NCBI RefSeq assembly: GCF_000196555.1
Contig: NC_015067.1
Location: 1,260,001-1,292,000, forward strand
Length of the DNA stretch: 32,000 nt
Reading direction: 5' to 3'
Source: Bifidobacterium longum subsp. longum JCM 1217
Lineage (GTDB): Bacteria > Actinomycetota > Actinomycetes > Actinomycetales > Bifidobacteriaceae
A program made the translations under genes and the position numbers. Within the stretch, counting starts at the first letter, position 1. Each line of letters starts with the position of its first letter. Of the stretch, positions 8,750 through 17,211 are shown piece by piece. The notes under the pieces are model-generated. The model saw only the letters and a list, made by a program, of their open reading frames with translations. It did no database searches and was not told the origin of the DNA.

Positions 8750-10783
8750 TCACTCAGCCACAGCAGCGTTGAAGTCGTCGGCGGAGTTCACCTGGACGCG
8801 CTTCTTGATGACGGTGAGAATCTGCTCGCGAGCAGTGTCCACCGGCACACCGTTGAGCTGGCTACCGTCGCGGAAGCGGAAGCTGACCGCGTTGTTGTTC
8901 ATGTCTTCCTCACCGACGATGAGGATGAACGGCACCTTGGACTTGGAGGCGTTGCGAATCTTCTTGCCGAAGCGATCGTCGGAGTAGTCGATCTCGCAAC
9001 GGACCATCTCATCTTCAAGGGACTTGACGAAGCCGGCCAGATGCGGGGCAAACTCGTCGGCAACCGGCACGCCGAGCACCTGCACGGGGGCCAGCCACGC
9101 CGGGAAGGCACCTGCGTAGTGCTCGAGCAGCACGGCGAAGAAGCGTTCGATGGAGCCGAACAGGGCGCGGTGAATCATCACCGGGCGCTGGTGGGTGCCG
9201 TCCTTCGCGATGTACTCGAGCTGGAAGCGCTCCGGCAGGTTGAAGTCGAGCTGGATGGTCGAGACCTGCCAGGTGCGGCCGATGGCGTCGCGGGCCTGCA
9301 CGGAGATCTTCGGGCCGTAGAAGGCGGCGCCGCACGGATCGTCGACGAGCTCGAGGTTGGATTCCTTGGCGACCTCGGCGAGCGTGTTGGTGGCCTCCTC
9401 CCAGATCTCGTCGGAGCCGACGTACTTGTTCGGGTCCTTGGTGGACAGCTCGAGGTAGAAGTCGGTCAGGCCAAAGTCCTTGAGCAGGTTCAGCACGAAG
9501 GTGAGCAGGCTGGTGAGCTCGTCCTTCATCTGCTCGCGGGTGCAGTAGATGTGGGAGTCGTCCTGGGTGAGGCCGCGCACACGGGTCAGGCCGTGGACCT
9601 CGCCGGACTTCTCGTAGCGGTACACGGTGCCGAACTCGAAGAGGCGCAGCGGCAGCTCGCGGTAGGAGCGCTGGCGCGACTTGAAGATGAGGTTGTGCAT
9701 CGGGCAGTTCATCGGCTTGAGGTAGTAGTCGGCGCCCGGCTTGGTGATGTTGCCGTCCACGTCCTTCTCCTCGTCGAGGTGCATGGGCGGGTACATGCCG
9801 TCCTTGTACCAGTGCAGGTGGCCGGAGGTCTCGTACAGGCCGCCCTTGGTGATGTGCGGGGTCTGCACGAAGCTGTAGTGGTGCTTGCGGTGCATCTCAC
9901 GGGAGTAGTCCTCCATAGCGTTGATCACGGCGGCACCCTTCGGGTGGAACACGGCCAGGCCGGGGCCAATTTCATCCGGGAAGGAGAACAGGTCCATCTC
10001 GGCGCCGAGCTTGCGGTGATCGCGCTTGGCGGCTTCTTCCAGGCGGGTCTGGTAGGCCTTGAGGTCTTCCTTGGTGGCCCATGCGGTGCCGTAGACGCGC
10101 TGCATGGTCGGGTTCTTCTCGGAACCACGCCAGTAGGCGGCGGCGGAACGCTCGATCTTGAAGGCCTTGATGTAGCGGGTGTTCGGCAGGTGCGGGCCGC
10201 GGCACAGGTCCTTCCAAACCACATTGCCATCACGGTCTACGTTGTCGTAGAAGCTGAGCTCCTTTTCGGAGATCTCGGTGGCGGCGGCCGGGTCGAGGTG
10301 TGCTTCCTTGTCTTCGATCAGTTCGATCTTAAAGGGCTGGTCGGCCTCTTCCTTCAGAGCCTCTTCCTCGGTCACGGAACGGCGGCGGAAGGACTGGGAG
10401 GACTTGATGATGCGCTGCATGCGCTTCTCGATGTCCTTGAGGTCGTTCGGGGTGAAGGGCTGGTCGACCTGGAAGTCGTAGTAGAAGCCGTCCTTGATGA
10501 CGGGGCCGACGCCGAGCTTGGCGTTCGGGTAGACTTCCTGCACGGCCTGGGCCATGACGTGGGTGGCCGAGTGACGCATGATTGCGAGGCCGTCTTCGGA
10601 GTCGAGGGCGATGGGGTCGACGGTGTCGCCATCGTTCAGCGGCGTGTACAGGTCACGGTTCTCGCCGTTGATCTTGACCGCGATGATGTTCTTGTCTTCC
10701 GCGAACAGTTCTACGCCGGTGGTGGTTGCTTCCACCTCCTTCGCTTCGCCGTTGACGGTTATGGAGATGGTAGCTTGCGCCAT
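8750..10783 (-). CDS. thrS: Threonine--tRNA ligase
   Basis: 677 aa. TGS domain at the N-terminus, class II core (FRRGPHLP-like region, [20 protein letters not shown]) and an anticodon-binding C-terminus. Confidence 0.96.
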   Translation of the reverse strand: MAQATISITVNGEAKEVEATTTGVELFAEDKNIIAVKINGENRDLYTPLNDGDTVDPIALDSEDGLAIMRHSATHVMAQAVQEVYPNAKLGVGPVIKDGFYYDFQVDQPFTPNDLKDIEKRMQRIIKSSQSFRRRSVTEEEALKEEADQPFKIELIEDKEAHLDPAAATEISEKELSFYDNVDRDGNVVWKDLCRGPHLPNTRYIKAFKIERSAAAYWRGSEKNPTMQRVYGTAWATKEDLKAYQTRLEEAAKRDHRKLGAEMDLFSFPDEIGPGLAVFHPKGAAVINAMEDYSREMHRKHHYSFVQTPHITKGGLYETSGHLHWYKDGMYPPMHLDEEKDVDGNITKPGADYYLKPMNCPMHNLIFKSRQRSYRELPLRLFEFGTVYRYEKSGEVHGLTRVRGLTQDDSHIYCTREQMKDELTSLLTFVLNLLKDFGLTDFYLELSTKDPNKYVGSDEIWEEATNTLAEVAKESNLELVDDPCGAAFYGPKISVQARDAIGRTWQVSTIQLDFNLPERFQLEYIAKDGTHQRPVMIHRALFGSIERFFAVLLEHYAGAFPAWLAPVQVLGVPVADEFAPHLAGFVKSLEDEMVRCEIDYSDDRFGKKIRNASKSKVPFILIVGEEDMNNNAVSFRFRDGSQLNGVPVDTAREQILTVIKKRVQVNSADDFNAAVAE

Positions 10784-10899
10784 GATTTGTCCTTTGCTAT
10801 CGGGGCCCGCGGTACTAATGTGCAGGCCTGGACTGGTTAATCAACGTAGGACACGATAGGTTGGGCGTGCGACAAATACCACCAGCATCTGAACCAATA

Positions 10900-10925
10900 C
10901 GAAAAAACCTCGCCGAAGCGAGGTT
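10900..10925 (-). terminator. Intrinsic terminator after the tRNA cluster
   Basis: The minus strand reads AACCTCGC-TTCG-GCGAGGTT followed by TTTTTTCG. This is an 8-bp stem with a UUCG tetraloop and a U-run, starting 7 nt after tRNA-Gly. Confidence 0.8.
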
Positions 10926-10931
10926 CCGTTG

Positions 10932-11007
10932 TGGAGCGGACAACGGGACTCGAACCCGCGGTCTCAACCTTGGCAAGGTTGCGCTTTACCAACTAAGCTA
11001 TGTCCGC
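10932..11007 (-). tRNA. tRNA-Gly (anticodon GCC), CCA encoded
   Basis: Folded the cloverleaf by hand: acceptor GCGGACA/TGTCCGC, anticodon loop TTGCCAA, T-loop TTCGAGT, 3' TCCA. Confidence 0.93.
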
Positions 11008-11038
11008 AAAGGAATCCGCCGTGAGAAGCGGAATCCAG

Positions 11039-11111
11039 TGGGCGATGTAGGAATCGAACCTACGACCCCTTCGGTGTGAACGAAGTGCGCTAGCCGCTGC
11101 GCCAATCGCCC
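11039..11111 (-). tRNA. tRNA-Val (anticodon CAC)
   Basis: Acceptor GGGCGAT/ATCGCCC, anticodon loop TTCACAC, T-arm GTAGG-TTCGATT-CCTAC. CCA not encoded. Confidence 0.9.
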
Positions 11112-11159
11112 GAATATTCGGTTCTTTAGTTATATCCAGTCGAATTGCTTCGACTTTCG

Positions 11160-11231
11160 TGGGCGATACAAGATTCGAACTTGTGACCCCTTCCGTGTCA
11201 GGGAAGTGCGCTACCACTGCGCCAACCGCCC
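11160..11231 (-). tRNA. tRNA-Val (anticodon GAC)
   Basis: Acceptor GGGCGGT/ATCGCCC, anticodon loop CTGACAC, T-arm ACAAG-TTCGAAT-CTTGT. Confidence 0.9.
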
Positions 11232-11272
11232 GGGTCATATTTCATTCCATTGAATTGCTTCGCTGGTCTGAG

Positions 11273-11343
11273 AGGTGGGTACGAGAGTCGAACTCGTCTA
11301 TACGGCTTTGCAGGCCGCTGCCTAACCGCTTGGCTAACCCACC
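11273..11343 (-). tRNA. tRNA-Cys (anticodon GCA)
   Basis: Acceptor GGTGGGT/ACCCACC, anticodon loop CTGCAAA, T-arm GACGA-GTTCGAC-TCTCGT region. Confidence 0.88.
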
Positions 11344-11370
11344 GTAAGGTCTGTCAACTCACGGACCTAG

Positions 11371-11443
11371 AGCGGACAACGGGACTCGAACCCGCGGTCT
11401 CAACCTTGGCAAGGTTGCGCTTTACCAACTAAGCTATGTCCGC
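11371..11443 (-). tRNA. tRNA-Gly (anticodon GCC), second identical copy, CCA not encoded
   Basis: 73 nt identical to 10935-11007. The 3' flank is CTA instead of CCA. Confidence 0.93.
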
Positions 11444-11602
11444 GTGTGTTTCCTTGGCGAGGTCTCCCTGCCGAAGCACGAGTGTTTACTATACACACAT
11501 GCGTGTAGTTCGTCCAGCTGCGGCGTGTCGCCTGTAATTGCATACTCTCGCTTATGGCTAAAGCGTGCGCTTCGGGCAATGAACTCCAGTTACTCTAGAG
11601 GT

Positions 11603-12436
11603 ATGAGTGAAGCAGCGAAGGACACCGGCGCAGTATTGATCGCCGCATTCGAGGGATGGAATGATGCCTGTCAGGCGGCGACGAACGCGGTGCGCCATCT
11701 GGTCAAGCGATATGAGTCCCGCGAGATTCGTCATATTAGATGTGATGATTTCTATGACTATCAGGTTGCCCGTCCTATGCTGTGCCATGTTTCGGGACGC
11801 ACCAATCTTATCTGGCCGCAGACCACGTTCTACGACATCACGTTGGACGCAGGCAAGCATATCTATGCGCAGATCGCCCCCGAACCGAACTATCGGTGGA
11901 AGGAATACTGTAGCCAGAGTCTGGCCATTGCCGATGAGCTGGATGTCAATCGGATCATTACGTTAGGTTCGATGTTCTCCGATTGCCCGCATACCCGTCC
12001 GTTGCCCATCGCCGTCAGCGACGGAGACTGTCAATGCGAAGGAGACCGGTCGTATAACGGCCCGGTAGGCATTCCTACCGTTTTGGATGTGGCCGCCGCG
12101 CAGCAAGGTTTTGCTCATTCCTCGATGTGGGTGTCCATCCCCCAATATTTGGGCAGCGACGAATGTTCTGCCGGCACTATGCGATTGCTGGATGCGTTGG
12201 GCAAGCATATCGGCTTCACCTTCGATACGGCAGATCTGAAGCAGAAAGCCGAACAGTGGAAGGCGCAAGCCTCGATACTGGTTCGTTGTAATGACCAGCT
12301 TCACGATTACGTGGAGCATTTGGAGCACGACTACGACTTGCAGCAGAAAGCCGAGGCGGAGGCTTCCTTGGGAGCGCCCCAGGCCGAACAACTAGTCAAA
12401 GAAGCAGAAGCGTTTCTGCGCCAGATGGGCAATTAG
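11603..12436 (+). CDS. PAC2 (proteasome assembly chaperone 2-like) family protein
   Basis: ORF 11444..12436 trimmed to the ATG at 11603 (MSEAAKDTGAVLIAAFEGWNDACQAATNAV...). The upstream part abuts the tRNA and lacks a ribosome-binding site. The AFEGWNDA motif and about 277-aa size are typical of actinobacterial PAC2 proteins. Lower G+C than neighbours. Confidence 0.7.
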   Translation: MSEAAKDTGAVLIAAFEGWNDACQAATNAVRHLVKRYESREIRHIRCDDFYDYQVARPMLCHVSGRTNLIWPQTTFYDITLDAGKHIYAQIAPEPNYRWKEYCSQSLAIADELDVNRIITLGSMFSDCPHTRPLPIAVSDGDCQCEGDRSYNGPVGIPTVLDVAAAQQGFAHSSMWVSIPQYLGSDECSAGTMRLLDALGKHIGFTFDTADLKQKAEQWKAQASILVRCNDQLHDYVEHLEHDYDLQQKAEAEASLGAPQAEQLVKEAEAFLRQMGN

Positions 12437-12439
12437 CCC

Positions 12440-12628
12440 ATATATGGTGTGCTCCCGCTGGATGAACAGCCCTGTGGGCTGTTCATAGCAGTGCACCATG
12501 TGCACGTCGCACAAAATGTCGGGAGCTGGCTCGCGTAGCGAGACTGAGGGTGGTTCTGCTGGCATATTCCAGTGACCACCCCCAGTCAGCTTCGCTGACG
12601 GCTCCCGCCAGCGGGAGCACCATTATAT
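12440..12628. repeat. 189-bp element of nested palindromes bounded by about 21-nt terminal inverted repeats (candidate structured RNA or MITE-like element)
   Basis: Termini are ATATATGGTGTGCTCCCGCTGG (12440-12461) and CCAGCGGGAGCACCATTATAT (12608-12628). Internal hairpins: 12462-12486 (11-bp stem), 12491-12505 (GTGCAC-cat-GTGCAC), and a large imperfect inverted repeat 12521-12554 / 12575-12606 whose arms each carry a small local hairpin. Confidence 0.7.
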
Positions 12629-12650
12629 TGGAGTCGTCTATCGACCCGTC

Positions 12651-13535
12651 TTATGCCGCAGCCGCCACGGAGGGATCGATGGCCGGCAGCACGCCCACAA
12701 TCAGCAGCAAGGCGACGACCACAGCCAAACCGATGCGGTAGATGGCGAAGGCCTTATAGGAGAAGTTCGATACGAACTTCAGGAATCCGATGATCACGAT
12801 GTAGCCGAGTACGAAGCTGATGACCATGGCTACGAGGGTCGGCCCCCAGCCGGGGAACATCGCATCGGTTTTGTAGTTCTTCACGGCCTTGATGGCTTCG
12901 AGCAAACCTGAGCCGAACACCGCGGGGATGGCCATCAGGAAGCTCAGACGTACAGCGGCCTCACGCGTGTAGCCCAGTGCGCGACCGACGGTGATGGTGC
13001 CGCCGGAGCGGGACACACCAGGAATCAGCGCCATGGACTGGCCCAAACCGAAGAGGAACGCATCACGATACGTCATATCATTCATGGTTTTGTTCTGGCG
13101 AGCCTTGGCATCCACCATCCACAGCAGAATGCCGAATACCAACAGCACGGTTACCGTAATCCACAGGTTGCGCAACGAGGTCTCGATGACGTTCTGCAGA
13201 GTGAAGCCGAGGATGATAATCGGAATCGAGCCGACGATAATGTTCCAGCCGAGTGTGGCGTAATTGTCGCCGCGGCCCATGCGGGCCTTCCAATCCTTGC
13301 CGTTCTTGCCGAACAGGCAGCTGAACCAGTGAGTAAGGATATTGATGATGTCGTGACGGAAATACAGAATCACCGCAAGTTCGGTGCCGATTTGGATGAT
13401 GGCGGTAAACGCCGCACCGGGATCAGAGCCCAGCATCAAATCGCCGAAAATACGGATATGCGCGCTGGAGGATACCGGGAGATACTCGGTCAGCGCCTGA
13501 ACGATGCCGAGAATGATCGCTTGGAAAAAATTCAT
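12651..13535 (-). CDS. uppP: Undecaprenyl-diphosphate phosphatase (BacA/UppP)
   Basis: 294 aa. N-terminus MNFFQAIILGIVQALTEYLPVSSSAH and PGVSRSGGTI are the two UppP signature motifs. Confidence 0.93.
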   Translation of the reverse strand: MNFFQAIILGIVQALTEYLPVSSSAHIRIFGDLMLGSDPGAAFTAIIQIGTELAVILYFRHDIINILTHWFSCLFGKNGKDWKARMGRGDNYATLGWNIIVGSIPIIILGFTLQNVIETSLRNLWITVTVLLVFGILLWMVDAKARQNKTMNDMTYRDAFLFGLGQSMALIPGVSRSGGTITVGRALGYTREAAVRLSFLMAIPAVFGSGLLEAIKAVKNYKTDAMFPGWGPTLVAMVISFVLGYIVIIGFLKFVSNFSYKAFAIYRIGLAVVVALLLIVGVLPAIDPSVAAAA

Positions 13536-13679
13536 GACCCCTCGTGATTTCTAAGTATTTGATGTGTTATGACGATGAACACCCTATCCAAGGGGGTGTA
13601 GAACAACACTAAGAATCGGTAACATCCACGGCTTCTACAATGAAAGTGGATATAGTACGTAAGCGACGAAGGGAGCATT

Positions 13680-14471
13680 ATGGCCACGTATCGCAAAAGC
13701 AGGGCATTCGCACCGGAAGGATTCTTCGAATGCGAGGGTCGAGGACTCGAATGGTTGGGAGCGGCTCATGCGCAGGGCGGCCCGCGCGTGGTGCAGGTAT
13801 ACGGCTGGGGCAAGGATTATCTGGATATCGAACGTGTGGGCAGCGCGTCCCCCACGCCTCAGGCGGCACGAGCTTTTGGTGCGGCTCTGGCCCATATGCA
13901 TGATGTGGGTGCCGAATATTTCGGGTCTGCGCCTGACGGATATAACGGCACATGCTATTTCGGACCATTGCAGGACCCAGTGAAAATGGATACCGGCGAG
14001 TGGACCGACCCGATCAGCTATTTCGCTGATGGACGTCTGCGCCCGATGGTCAACCTTGGTGTGAGGCGTGGCGAGCTGGATAAGCGCGATGTCGAACTGA
14101 CCGAGCGCGTGATTGAAGCGTTGCCGGATCTGATGGGCCGAGCCGCGTCCGACAAGCCGGCGCGCATCCACGGTGATCTGTGGAGCGGCAATGTGATGTG
14201 GACCGCCGATTCCGGGCAGCCCGAGGCTGTGCTCATCGACCCGGCGGCACATGGCGGTCATCGCGAGGAGGATCTGGCTATGCTGCACCTGTTCGGCATG
14301 AGCTATCTGAGCGAAATCACCGAGGGCTACCAGTCCGTGCATCCGTTGAAGGCCGGATGGCAGGAGCGTATCACGCTCTGGCAGCTCTACCCCATCGCCG
14401 GCCACTGTGTCTTCTTCGGCGGCGGCTACGTCAACGAATACCGCTCCATGTGCCGCTCCATGCTGAAGTAA
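13680..14471 (+). CDS. Fructosamine/ketosamine-3-kinase family protein
   Basis: 263 aa. Catalytic HGDLWSGNVMW and DPAAHGGHREEDLAML motifs of the fructosamine kinase (APH-like) fold. GAAGGGAG ribosome-binding site. Confidence 0.85.
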   Translation: MATYRKSRAFAPEGFFECEGRGLEWLGAAHAQGGPRVVQVYGWGKDYLDIERVGSASPTPQAARAFGAALAHMHDVGAEYFGSAPDGYNGTCYFGPLQDPVKMDTGEWTDPISYFADGRLRPMVNLGVRRGELDKRDVELTERVIEALPDLMGRAASDKPARIHGDLWSGNVMWTADSGQPEAVLIDPAAHGGHREEDLAMLHLFGMSYLSEITEGYQSVHPLKAGWQERITLWQLYPIAGHCVFFGGGYVNEYRSMCRSMLK

Positions 14472-14475
14472 CAGA

Positions 14476-14504
14476 CTTGGCTCCCCTCTCTGAGGGGAGC
14501 CAAG
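14476..14504. terminator. GGCTCCCCTC hairpin repeat acting as a probable bidirectional terminator between convergent genes
   Basis: CTTGGCTCCCCTC-tct-GAGGGGAGCCAAG forms a 13-bp stem. It lies between the stop at 14471 (+) and the stop at 14518 (-). No U-run. Confidence 0.6.
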
Positions 14505-14517
14505 AACGCATCCACTC

Positions 14518-15663
14518 TCAGCTCAGCGCGTCCTTCAACTTGCTGAAGAAGCCTTTCTTTTGGCCAGCCTGTGGACGGGATGCCTGGGAGACGTGCGTGG
14601 CGCCTGAATCGTGCGAGGCGGCGAACTGTTCGATGAGGCCGCGCTCGGTTTCGTTGAGCTTGGTGGGAATCAGCACATTGACGTGGGCGATGAGGTTGCC
14701 GCGCTCGTCCTTGTTGCGGATGTTCGTGACGCCCAGTCCCTTAAGCGTCACAGTGTCCTCAGGCTGGCAGCCGGCCGGGATGGACACGGTCTTCTCACCA
14801 TCGAACGTGTCAATGGACAGATCGTGGCCGAGCACGGCCCAGCTCATCGGCACCTGAATCCAGCAGTGCAGGTCGTCGCCATCGCGGGTGAACTGCTTAT
14901 CCGCCTTGATGCGAATGTCGATGTACAGGTCGCCGGCAGCGCCGCCGCCCTCACCCACTTCGCCCTGGTTGGCCAAACGTAGACGCGCGTTGTCGTTGAT
15001 GCCGGCGGGCACGGTGACGCCCACGGTACGTGTGGTACGCACACGGCCGTGGCCCATGCAGCTGGGGCACGGGTTCTTGATGATGGTACCGTGGCCCTCG
15101 CAACGTTCGCAGGGGGCGGAGGTCATCATCTGGCCGAGCATGGTGCGCACGACCTTCTGCATGAATCCCTGGCCGTGGCAGTCGGGGCAGGTGACCGGCT
15201 GTGCGCCGCCCTGGGCGCCGGAGCCGCCGCACTCCTGGCACAGGGAGAACGTGCTGATCTTGACGTGCGCGGTGCCGCCGAACACGGCGGTCTTCAGGTC
15301 GATGGACGCGGAGGCCAGGGCGTCGCGGCCGGGCTGGGTACGCGGCACCGGGCCCTGTGAGCCACCACCGAACGCGGAACCGAAGAACGTGGAGAACACG
15401 TCGCTCATATCGCCGAAGCCCGCCCCGGAGAAGCCGCCGGCACCGGCGTTCGGATCGTTCGGGTCGACGCCCGAATCATACATACGGCGCTTGTCCGGAT
15501 TGGACAGCACATCGTAGGCGTTGTTCACTTCCTTGAACTTGTCCTCGAATTCAGGGCCCGCGATGTCGGGGTGGTACTTACGGCTGAGCTTGCGGTATGC
15601 CTTCTTGATCTCGTCGTCACTGGCGCCGCGTTCCACACCCAGCGTCTCGTAATAATCTGCCAC
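14518..15663 (-). CDS. dnaJ: Molecular chaperone DnaJ (hrcA-linked paralog)
   Basis: 381 aa. J-domain with HPD (KYHPDIAG), a G/F region and four CxxCxGxG zinc-finger repeats. Confidence 0.95.
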   Translation of the reverse strand: MADYYETLGVERGASDDEIKKAYRKLSRKYHPDIAGPEFEDKFKEVNNAYDVLSNPDKRRMYDSGVDPNDPNAGAGGFSGAGFGDMSDVFSTFFGSAFGGGSQGPVPRTQPGRDALASASIDLKTAVFGGTAHVKISTFSLCQECGGSGAQGGAQPVTCPDCHGQGFMQKVVRTMLGQMMTSAPCERCEGHGTIIKNPCPSCMGHGRVRTTRTVGVTVPAGINDNARLRLANQGEVGEGGGAAGDLYIDIRIKADKQFTRDGDDLHCWIQVPMSWAVLGHDLSIDTFDGEKTVSIPAGCQPEDTVTLKGLGVTNIRNKDERGNLIAHVNVLIPTKLNETERGLIEQFAASHDSGATHVSQASRPQAGQKKGFFSKLKDALS

Positions 15664-15718
15664 TTGATTGATCCTTTGTGTTCGTTTGGTCTGCGGGTCA
15701 TTGTGCCACAGACGGCGG

Positions 15719-16837
15719 TCAGTCTTGGGTCCGGCCCTCGGAGAGGAAGGCGGTCAAATATCTGGCTACGGCCCTGACGGCGGCCATAGTGGCCGCATAG
15801 TCCATGTGGGTCGGCCCTATGGAGCCGACGAAGGCGATGGGTTCCGTGTCGTTCGTCTGGCTCTCCGTCTCGGATTCGGTTTCGGGTTCGCCTACGGGAT
15901 CGTTCCCCGCCGGTTCGCCCGCCGCACCGCTGCGCCCATAGCCACTGCTGACCACGGAGGCATGCAGTAGGCCGGGAGTGTGCATTTCGGAGCCGATGGC
16001 CACGCCCACGCCGGATGCATTCGTCTCCTCACTCAGGTTGCTCATGAGCTTCATCAGCACGACCTGTTCTTCCAGCGCGTCGAAGAGCGGGGCCAGATCG
16101 GCCAGGGACCGGGAGTGGGCCAGGTGCGAGGTGCCGGACATGTACAGTTCGTCCGCGCGTTCGTCCAATGCCATCGATTCGAAGGCGTCGGCCAGCGCGT
16201 CGGCCACGCCGCGCACCGACTCGTAGCCGGCGCTGGCGGCGATGGATCGCACGGTCTCCGCGGATTTCGATAGGGACAGTCCGACACATTGTTCGTTGAC
16301 GGTGTTGGAGAGCCGGTTGATCTCGTCCACGGCGGGCATGGATGCGATGGTCAGGCCGTGCTGGGCCACGCGGCCGGTGTCAGTAATCACCACCGCGAGC
16401 AACGTGGTCATGGCAACGGGCACCATCTCCACGTGCCGCAATGTGGCCTTGGCCAGCGATGGCGAGGTGACTATGGCCACTTGACCGGTGATTTCGGACA
16501 ACAGTCGTGCCGAACGCTGCAGCGCGTCCTTGAGACTCACCGATCCGGACAGGAAGCTGTTGATGCCGCGGCGCTGCGCCTCGCTGAGCGGCACCACGGT
16601 AGCAAGTCGGTCCACAAAGTATCGATAGCCCTTTTCGGTGGGCACACGACCGGCCGAAGTGTGCGGCTGAATCAGATATCCTTCATCCTCCAGAGCGGAC
16701 ATGTCGTTACGGATGGTGGCCGAACTGACGCCGAGATCATGGTCGCGCGTCAGCGAAGTGGAGCCCACGGGCTCCTGAGAACGGATGTAATCCTCCACCA
16801 CGGCGCGCAGCACCAGCATGCGTCTTGATTGCGTCAT
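15719..16837 (-). CDS. hrcA: Heat-inducible transcriptional repressor HrcA
   Basis: 372 aa. N-terminal w[24 protein letters not shown], a classic hrcA-dnaJ pair, and a CIRCE upstream. TAAGGAGG ribosome-binding site. Confidence 0.93.
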   Translation of the reverse strand: MTQSRRMLVLRAVVEDYIRSQEPVGSTSLTRDHDLGVSSATIRNDMSALEDEGYLIQPHTSAGRVPTEKGYRYFVDRLATVVPLSEAQRRGINSFLSGSVSLKDALQRSARLLSEITGQVAIVTSPSLAKATLRHVEMVPVAMTTLLAVVITDTGRVAQHGLTIASMPAVDEINRLSNTVNEQCVGLSLSKSAETVRSIAASAGYESVRGVADALADAFESMALDERADELYMSGTSHLAHSRSLADLAPLFDALEEQVVLMKLMSNLSEETNASGVGVAIGSEMHTPGLLHASVVSSGYGRSGAAGEPAGNDPVGEPETESETESQTNDTEPIAFVGSIGPTHMDYAATMAAVRAVARYLTAFLSEGRTQD

Positions 16838-17001
16838 GCGCGCCTCCTTATATATGCATACATATTCATATCAGTCACGGTTCACTCAGGGCGTACCCCG
16901 ACGGTCGGTTCGCCACGCCGCGACACGCGGGAACCCAGAAATATTGCCTCTTTCTTGGCTCCGCCACGTGCAGGTGGCGCACTTCACCTTAGAACATTGT
17001 A

Positions 17002-17028
17002 TTAGCACTCCTTAGGCTTGAGTGCTAA
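17002..17028. promoter_or_regulatory. CIRCE operator (HrcA binding site)
   Basis: Perfect TTAGCACTC-N9-GAGTGCTAA, 165 nt upstream of the hrcA ATG. Confidence 0.9.
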
Positions 17029-17211
17029 TGCGTTCGTTTGCAGCGTAGCAATGTTCACTGTGAACGCTAACAGAACACAAACTACCAAAACACGCCAAAA
17101 TTGCACCGCAACGTCGCAAACCGACGCTAGCATGGTAATCGCAATGTGAGGGCGTCAAGCGCCCGGCACAAGCCGGATACGCGGCCCGACCAATTGGAAG
17201 GAAAGTAATCC

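Noticed and set aside
9041-10840. 599-aa ORF on the plus strand
   Set aside because: Antisense shadow of thrS. It has no motifs, a G/V/L/D/E-rich composition and no ribosome-binding site.
10861-11432. Four 60-81-aa ORFs across the tRNA cluster
   Set aside because: They are built from tRNA gene sequence. The tRNAs fold into canonical cloverleaves and explain the region.
13635-14405. 256-aa minus-strand ORF
   Set aside because: Antisense to the fructosamine-kinase-like gene, which carries the HGDLWSGN catalytic motif. The minus-strand product has no recognisable features.
16838-16875. 11-codon mini-ORF ([11 protein letters not shown]) ending in an ATGA overlap with the hrcA start; also a 17-codon ORF in the rapZ-whiA spacer
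   Set aside because: They are too short and have no convincing ribosome-binding site. Neither can be supported from sequence alone, so they are mentioned only inside the related findings.
16818-17015. 65-aa plus-strand ORF in the hrcA/tkt spacer; also the 90-aa minus-strand ORF at 19233..19505 in the tkt/tal spacer
   Set aside because: Both are translations of the hairpin-repeat DNA (they contain the recurrent LPLSW / APLREGSQ pseudo-peptides). They lack a ribosome-binding site and overlap real gene ends.
17016-17040. CTTGAGT next to CIRCE as a possible HspR HAIR element (CTTGAGT-N7-ACTCAAG)
   Set aside because: CTTGAGT here is simply part of the right CIRCE arm. No ACTCAAG partner follows.
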